From Polymyxa betae A26-41 (Eukaryota > Protista > Endomyxa: Phytomyxea): a DNA stretch of 37,412 nucleotides. The notes under the pieces were generated by a model, which saw only the letters and a program-made list of their open reading frames with translations, was not told the DNA's origin and ran no database searches. Shown here piece by piece: positions 30,601 through 37,412 of the stretch (its first letter is position 1; every line of letters starts with the position of its first letter). The DNA lies in contig RBZT01000449.1 in NCBI GenBank assembly GCA_003693705.1, forward strand, positions 1 to 37,412, written 5' to 3'. The translations under genes were made by a program, and so were the position numbers.

Positions 30601-31477
30601 TTACAGCTGAGCAACGGATATCGGTGTAAATCGTCTATTTGCATACAATGGGTAGCCAATCGGTGAATCCAAAGGGCAGTTCTTGTTGCGTTCAGCAGGC
30701 GGGCATTGGGTGGCGTTCATGCTCGATGGATTGATACAGAGCAGGATCTGATCGATGATCGGCTCGCCATCCACTTTCTTACACCATACAATGGGCTTAT
30801 GACCCGTCCCGTTCTCGATCGCATCCTCCCATTCTTCAACCATATAGCCCTAATCTCTTATCAGTAACAATACAGCGAGCCCATCGCATCAGACGTACGA
30901 CACCCTCACTGTTCGGGACGATCTCGCGCTGGGCCAGCATGGTCGTGATATTGTAGGTTCGGGCGAGCTGCAGCGCGTCTGCAAAGTAATCGTGTTCGTC
31001 GCCATCGGTACATGTGCCATGCTTCCTATATTCTAAAGAGAGATTAGAGGCGATAAGAGAAGCCAGATGATGAGAGACCATGGTCCCAGAAGGAGACGCC
31101 TTTTCCATACAGATCGGGCCAATGCTGCTGTAGATCAGGTAGCAGATCAGTGACCGCTGATGGATCGAATCTCCGGTTGTTGCAGAACTGTGGCCAAGTT
31201 CCATCACAGCGCTGTGGCCATAATCCATGGATCGTGAAGATCGGGAATTCAGCAGCTGCACATTGTGTATGATGCTGTTAGACGATTCAATAGGCCGAAG
31301 ATAGAGTTGGCAGCCGGGTCCTACCGATCCGAGACAGTTGGTAGCAGGCCATTGATTGACGAACAGGTAGAAGTCCCAGTCGTTGGCGTCCCGAGACCGG
31401 CTGGTGGCTCTGATCGGGCAGATGTCGGACTGTGCGGCGACGACGGCAGCAACCATGACAATGACCCCGATCAGCAT
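30601..31477 (-). CDS. Secreted ribonuclease T2, 4 exons
   Basis: Signal peptide MLIGVIVMVAAVVAA; WDFYLFVNQWP; CAS I FTIHGLWP; CAS II FWDH|EYRKHGTC; C-terminal IDQILLC. An upstream in-frame ATG exists at 31522. Confidence 0.93.
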
Positions 31478-31719
31478 GATGACGCTGTGATGGATGTGAA
31501 TTAGACAGAGCGCGTGACCCATCCTCGGTCGGCGACATTGGGCGTGTTACGTTAAGTTCACGTGACCATCTTCAGACCTTTTGGTAACGCAGGGCTGAAA
31601 CGTAAAGTGGCCGTGACCGACAACTTGCGTGATTCGTTACTCAATATAACCTGAAGCAGCCTTCATCTGGCAGCCTCACAGATTCATGGCCCGACTCGAA
31701 TTCTGATGAACTTGTTTCG

Positions 31720-32735
31720 GAGGAAGCGGGTGATTTCGCTTTTACTGACCAAGAGCTTCTCTTGTGAACTGCAGCTCGTTTCATAACAAGCTGTCAGATC
31801 TGTCGTTTACTCTCACGATCCTCTGGTAGCCTAATCTAATTGATATTAAAAGGCAAGAGCATCAAGTCGGTTTTGATACACTGTTTTATCTACTAAAGGG
31901 CACGAATTGAATCTGCACGCCTTCAAATACGTTCGGCTCTTTAAACGCGATAAACCAAAGAGATGTTGCAAAAAGATAATCGGACTCACCCTAACCCGTA
32001 CTGGAGCATTGCGCTCTACCATAATATTGATCAGATAGGCCCGAATAGCTTGGTGGATCGGGCCCCCTGGAACATCGAGACAGCGGTGCAATGTCCCGTC
32101 GTCATAATAGGCGATTCCCACACATACAGTCTCATCAGGGTTACAGAACAGGTGCGTTTGGATGCCTGAGATGGTTAGAAATTTCCCATCAACCTCATGG
32201 GGGGAGGGGGCTATCGGAGACAATCAACGAAAACCAGATGAAATTTTGCCTAAACCTTGCCACATACAGGGGTCATAAGGCAAGGCTGTACAAAACCTTG
32301 TCATCTGACCCCAGTTACGAGGCAGCTGGCTTTTTCCATGATGGCCATTTGGTGATAGGGGCGCTATGCTATCCGGTATTGGCTGGTCAACGACAGATGT
32401 CAGCCTTTAAGATGCACTGATAAAGCAATATTGATTTTGTATGGATGAATGATGCCATTCAACGACAGAGTACGCTCGGCTACCGGTAAGGGTAAGATTT
32501 ACCAAAAAGGAGAGAGTTGTTGCCACATTTCTGGTCACCCAGAGGCGCTCTGATAATTTGACCCGATATTTGCTGCAGCAAAATGGATATCAACGGATGC
32601 TAAAACGAGCGAACTTGTAACAAGGATGGATAAAAATCCAACCCCGGTCTAAACCTTGTTGTTCCTGCACAAACCCCATCAAGGCACGAGCTGTCGACCA
32701 GACAGGCGAAATTGAAGTGATCCCGATACGCTACT
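31720..32735 (+). pseudogene. Heavily decayed N,N-dimethylformamidase beta-subunit-like gene with an Ig-like C-terminal domain
   Basis: Collinear motif remnants across frames: TGALR, PNSLV..PVVI..YSLIR, LSETINEN..ATY, GKAVQNLVI, GHLVIGA, ISG, ISTD, IKARAVDQTGEIE. Many stops and frameshifts. Confidence 0.4.
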
Positions 32736-33019
32736 GATGACGACGAAGCAATGCCTGCTGAGAAAACAGCGATGTCAGATGGAAATTCCTGGTTTTGGGC
32801 AGCACTAAGAACTACTGATGTGACAAGGACAATGTTGGATTTGACCCTGCAAACAGTGACCGCCTGTCTTCAATTTTAGATCCAATTTAGCTCAAAGGAA
32901 TGTTGCATAGATAGAGATGTTACAATACAATCAAATAATCGGATAGCGGATTGAACTCTTGATCCTATCAGAACCACAACTGTTATTTGTTGATATCGTG
33001 AAGAGGGCGCACAACAGAC

Positions 33020-34517
33020 TTACATCTTTGACGATCTCCATCCGTACGGAACATCTTTGGGCATCATCGACTCGTAGTGATGCAGATACGACTTGAAGAT
33101 CGTGTTCCATAATGCATTTTGTAAGGTGGCCACGAACGCTTCCATCACCCCCGCGACATCGTTCCTGTGGATTTCCGGGAATCGTTTCGAATACTGATAG
33201 CCTTCGCTCTCTGTTCCCGGCATCTGAAAGCAACTGAAGCATTTGATTGCCGATTTCTGGGGTCCATCCTCCGCCCTCTGAACAGGCACCAGTTCGTAGA
33301 CTTGCGGCAGAATCTCAATGATCATCTTACGAACTCGATCGGCCGAATCCGGAACCATCTGCAGCTGGCGCGCTATTAAGCTACCGATATTTCGGTTGAA
33401 TTCGTTGGCTTGAGCTGGACTGAGATCTTCAAGAAGCCCTAAAAGGCAATGCATGACTGTCGCTGAATTGGTTTTGAAGAAGCGCCTGTTTTCGATTTCT
33501 CTGATTTCATCAGAATCGGACTCGTCTTCGTCCGTCGATATCAAATGCTCCAGAGCTCGCCGTAATGCTTGATTGTTGCCAGCCAGAAATTCGACACATT
33601 CGTCAAACGAAGACTCAGGGAATAAGCTTGCCATTCTGTCGACCACATGAGTTATGTTCTGAATCAGAAGTTTCGGAATTTGTTGGTTCATAAAGCAAGT
33701 CTGTTCTAAATGATGCACCAACGCGTATAGAAGATGCCTCTCGATGGTTGTGGCTGATGTCAGCCATGTTAGAGGCGGCGTTGGATCTCGATTCCATTGC
33801 AGGGTGTATTGCACGTGGTTGTATTTGCAGATTACTAAAATACACCAGTTAGGAAATAAAACGCGCTCGTTATCATCAACAGCATGACTGGGAAATCGCA
33901 ACAAAAACCCAGAGACCGGGAGAAGTAAAATTGTCATTCTCAAAGAAACTCGACTTGGAAAATAATGATGTCGGAAACCATGACGAAAAAGGAGAAGTCA
34001 GTGGCGTTGTATATGAAGCTGTAAATTGCGAAATGAACGAAATCGGCGTAAAATTTGAATGGATTACTTACTATGAAGAAAGCTGAACATCTCGAGGACA
34101 TCAGCGGGAGCTTCAGGTGTCAAGCCTCTGTCATCCGATTGGATCAGGCTAATGACGTCGTCGCAGAGCTGCTTGAGATGTCGTTCGGCTAACTCGCAAT
34201 GTCCTTCGCGAACATTATCGCTGAGAGCAAGAACAAAACAGACGAATCGCTGACTAACCAATGGGAATGTATTCCGCCATGATATTCGGGTTCTCGCCAT
34301 ACACCAATCTATCGGATTCCAGTGTCGCCGTGCTGGTTCTAATCGAAGAGCTCATCAGCGACACCCTGGACACCAGCGGCGTCGGTGTGTCCGGCTCCGA
34401 CATCGACGTCATCGGGGACAGACTGGATCCCTCAGTCAGCACGATCTTTATCGGCGCCAACGTCTTTGTAGCCGACGAGATCGCGGCCAGCAAACAGATC
34501 AGCAGCAGCTGCGACAT
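33020..34517 (-). CDS. Secreted orphan protein, family copy A (about 401 aa, 3 exons); candidate effector
   Basis: Signal peptide MSQLLLICLLAAISSA, Ser/Thr-rich linker, two phase-1 introns (55 nt with an AAG acceptor; 237 nt at 33835-34071). Homologous to the gene at 35680-36871. Confidence 0.75.
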
Positions 34518-34572
34518 TTTGTCAATGCTATCAGCCAATCACGCAGTTTGTGGGGAAACAATGAGTGGGGTC

Positions 34573-34757
34573 ACCCCATGACCCCAACAGTCAAGGATGG
34601 GCCGATATCTTACCCCATGACTCCAACAGTCAAGGATGGGCGATAATCTTACCCCAGACCCCAACAGTAAAGGATGGGCGATATCTTACCCCATGACCCC
34701 AACAGTAAAGGATGGGCCGACATCTTACCCCCATGACCCCAACAGTCAACGATGGGT
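34573..34757 (+). repeat. Minisatellite, about 4.7 copies of a ~38-bp unit
   Basis: ACCCCATGACCCCAACAGT(C/A)AAGGATGGGC(C)GATATCTT repeated head to tail, starting about 55 bp upstream of the copy A ATG. Confidence 0.92.
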
Positions 34758-34899
34758 CTATCACGACGATAACAATTAGGTGTGACATACAATCGGCAAA
34801 TCGGTTTGACACAAATGTGAACGTCAGGTCCAGACAGAGCCGGCATGGATCGTGTCGATTTTTCGAACACGGCGGCGCCCGACGCCAGAGGGCCAGCTC

Positions 34900-35053
34900 G
34901 GCCGAGGCCAGCGGCATCAGCGTCATCTTCATGCAGGGGAGTCGTTCGATCAACTCGTTCGCGGGTCCCCAACTGTCTCAGAAACCCAGCACAGCGACTA
35001 GCTAGCTGAGACCCTAACTTTTCCGCTAGTCGCCACGATCTGAGCTGACCCAT
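34900..35053 (-). pseudogene. Possible frameshifted SAP-domain relic
   Basis: SQLASRCAGFLRQLGTR followed, after a frameshift, by NELIERL resembles the SAP motif ELxxxCxxxGLxxxGTKxxLIxRL. Confidence 0.25.
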
Positions 35054-35186
35054 GGATCTGATCTGTCAAGATAGCCGGCGAATGGTACGACCACCGGATT
35101 CGACGACTCTGGGTGGGAGCGATTCAGTTCTGAAGTCCACCTATCAACAGTAGGATAGAAGGGCCAGTATTATGGCATCAGACCTC

Positions 35187-35223
35187 AATGCTGGCCCATC
35201 ATCAGATATGATGGGCCAGCATT
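35187..35223. repeat. Perfect 16-bp inverted repeat with a 5-nt loop
   Basis: AATGCTGGCCCATCAT-CAGAT-ATGATGGGCCAGCATT. Confidence 0.9.
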
Positions 35224-35488
35224 AGCACTGAGACTCGGCATGCGATCAGCATCAATCAGTGCCAGGACGGCGTCAAACTGATCTGTAAACTAGTGCATCG
35301 AGTACAGAGGATAAAACAGGACTCGATCTTGTGAGAGAATCGCATCCAAGATCCCTGGTAATGACAGATAGAGAGGAATGCAATTCCTATAGAGTTAAAC
35401 ATCGAAACCAACGAACATCGCTCGATACAGGCTGGATAAAGCAACAACGGTTGTATAAAGCGAAATCCCAGTACGTCTTCTTCAGAAG

Positions 35489-35587
35489 GATTCGTCAGAT
35501 CGTGCCATTGAATGTTAGCGGGATTCGTCAGATCGTGCCATTGAGTGTTGGCGGGATTCGTCAGATCGTGCCATTGAATGTTGGCGA
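35489..35587 (+). repeat. Tandem repeat, 3 x 33 bp
   Basis: GGATTCGTCAGATCGTGCCATTGA(A/G)TGTT(A/G)GCG three times, nearly identical. Confidence 0.93.
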
Positions 35588-35679
35588 CTCCCGTTCCACT
35601 TGCTGAATCTGTAGTGAACTATCCTGCTCTCCAGTATTATTATCACTCGATGGCAGAACGACGACGACATATCGATGGC

Positions 35680-36871
35680 TTACTTTTGCGAAGGAGTACG
35701 ATTGCGATACGATCTGGGGACATTCGCCCTGATATTCGCCATGGAATCATCATAGTACAGCATGTACGACAAACAGATCGAATGCCAATCGGGTTTCAGC
35801 TTCATCGCGATCAGAGCGTCTCTGACGCTAGCGATGTCGCTGTCCTCGATCTTCGGTCGCAACATCACGATCGGTGTCTCAACGGAGCAGCACAACGCCG
35901 GCAGGCGACGTTTCGGCATCGGTTTGGCGACCGGCAACATTGGCAGGACCTGGTTCAGAGCCTCACCAATGATCTGATCCAAATCCGGAATCTGCAGCAT
36001 GCGATCGACGACCAGCTCGCCGATTTCTTCGTTGAGCCTTTGACGTTCTTCCGGGCTGAGATTCGGCAGTACTCGTAGCAGAGCTTCTTCGATGGTTTCG
36101 GAGTCATCACAGACGACCTTCTCCATCGTCTTGCAGTTGCTGCGCAGATAGTCGATGCAGTCCTTGGGCGAAGCGCCGTTGGCGAGCTTGGCGAATTTGC
36201 GAAACAGCGCCTTGATCAGCCTGGGGATCTGATTGCGGATCTGCACGTTATCGAACTCGTTCGAATCGAAGGTGAACCAATTCTGTCCGCCATTCGAAGA
36301 CAGCCATTGAATTGGGTGTTTAGCAGTTGGATACCAAATCAGAGCAAATTCGTCGCCTTTATACCAGCATGAAACTACAATCTAACATTACACAAAAAAA
36401 AAGAGAAACAGCAGCTGAGTATGAGATTACCGCGAATGAAATGGAATTGCTCGAAGAATTCCTGAGGGATGCGTTTGATGCGTTTGGGTTCATGCGACTC
36501 GCTGATGGCGAAATCATAAATCTTATCGTAGATGAGATAGAGATAGCCTTGAATAGAATAGGCATCATCTATTCAATATCAGCTACAAGCTGCCATACAA
36601 TGACCAGGTCCAGCATACTGATAGGAACGTATCGGATAGAGATCGAGGGCGTCGCCGACTCCGACAGGTCCGGGATCGAGCTGGCCACGGACCGCGCTAA
36701 CGACGACGACGACAGGTCCGATGATGACGACCACGACGTGAGAATCGACCACAGCGACGACCTACGCGATGACGACGACGACGACGACGACTCTGTATCG
36801 GATATGTAGGTGCCCGATGCCAGGACCAATACGGCAGAGAACAGCAGCAGCAGGAGCATGATCGACTGCAT
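35680..36871 (-). CDS. Secreted orphan protein, family copy B (about 361 aa, 3 exons); candidate effector
   Basis: Signal peptide MQSIMLLLLLFSAVLVLA, poly-Ser region, phase-1 introns of 50 and 56 nt at the same protein positions as copy A. The spliced frame is open to PSQK*. Confidence 0.78.
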
Positions 36872-37221
36872 TCGACGGAATCTGCGGGAATTGAACGTCG
36901 GTCCTACAGATCCGCGACTGCCGTAGAAAACGCCTCGATCCTGCGTAGGTTTTTTAGGGCTCCGGATGAGAACAGCCTCGCTGTACCGAATCTGCGAGAT
37001 CCCTTCGTCTTCGGTTCGTCGTTCGCGATGGGCATTGGTTGACGTCATTCGATCGAGCGGCGATCGGCGGAGCTGGATGGATGTATGTAAACGAGAGATC
37101 AGCTGGTGAACCGCCAGCAGATATAGCGTCGCTGAAAAGTGGGCCAGTAGAACCCTGCATAGCAAGGGACTCGGACAGTAGGTGTCTTCAAAGAGCTCTT
37201 GAGAGAACTTCCGCAACGCCT

Positions 37222-37412
37222 TTAGAACGAACTTGGCATCCACAAGCTCCTGAATCTCGCTCGATACGGATTCGTCACCCTGGACCGGCTGCAGCAATTG
37301 TCGAATATTGAACTGATTTCTTGACGATTCAAGCAGCGATTCTTGGGATCGCTTCCTCGAGGACGACGCCGATCTTCTTGTTTGATAAAATACTGGGGTT
37401 CTGGCAAGGTTT
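37222..37412 (-). CDS. 3' end of a gene entering from beyond the window, possibly a third family member
   Basis: Open frame ..RCLNRQEISSIFD..YRARFRSLW.. loosely parallels the C-terminal block of copies A and B. Truncated by the window edge. Confidence 0.25.
   Translation of the reverse strand, partial: TLPEPQYFIKQEDRRRPRGSDPKNRCLNRQEISSIFDNCCSRSRVTNPYRARFRSLWMPSSF

Noticed and set aside
35578-36809. Plus-strand ORFs 35578-36078 and 36327-36809 (poly-Asp)
   Set aside because: Antisense to secreted-protein copy B; the poly-Asp mirrors its poly-Ser codons.
36872-37297. N-terminal extension of the 242-aa ORF 36569-37297
   Set aside because: It begins at a non-ATG codon. The signal-peptide ATG at 36871 matches the copy A layout better.

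Overview
Gene-dense eukaryotic nuclear DNA with many short GT-AG introns (mostly about 45-60 nt), so the supplied ORFs are mostly exon fragments and the gene models below were spliced by eye. Flagellar/centriolar genes (ODA docking complex, enkurin-domain, RABL3, GCP5), compact introns, TTTTAGGG-like seeds and secreted orphan proteins fit a flagellated protist parasite such as a plasmodiophorid; this is inference, not proven. Recognisable intact genes: TMEM245/AI-2E-type membrane protein, secreted EGF/Cys-rich protein, ODAD1/ODA1-like coiled coil, CaMKK-like kinase, Mdm35/TRIAP1, ENKD1, a CHD remodeller, ATG8, GCP5, RABL3 and RNase T2. Several decayed gene relics lie between them (kinase, WD40, coiled coil, DMFase-beta-like, SAP). 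Best leads: (1) a tandem family of secreted orphan proteins with conserved exon structure at 33-37 kb (candidate effectors); (2) a CHD with N-terminal zf-CW plus Myb/telobox-like domains; (3) a stand-alone secreted protein resembling the Adp1 luminal domain; (4) RNase T2 separated from an in-frame 120-aa ORF by one TAG after a predicted splice; (5) a bacterial-type DMFase-beta-like pseudogene. No CRISPR array, tRNA or rRNA was seen. All homology calls rest on motif recall, not database searches.
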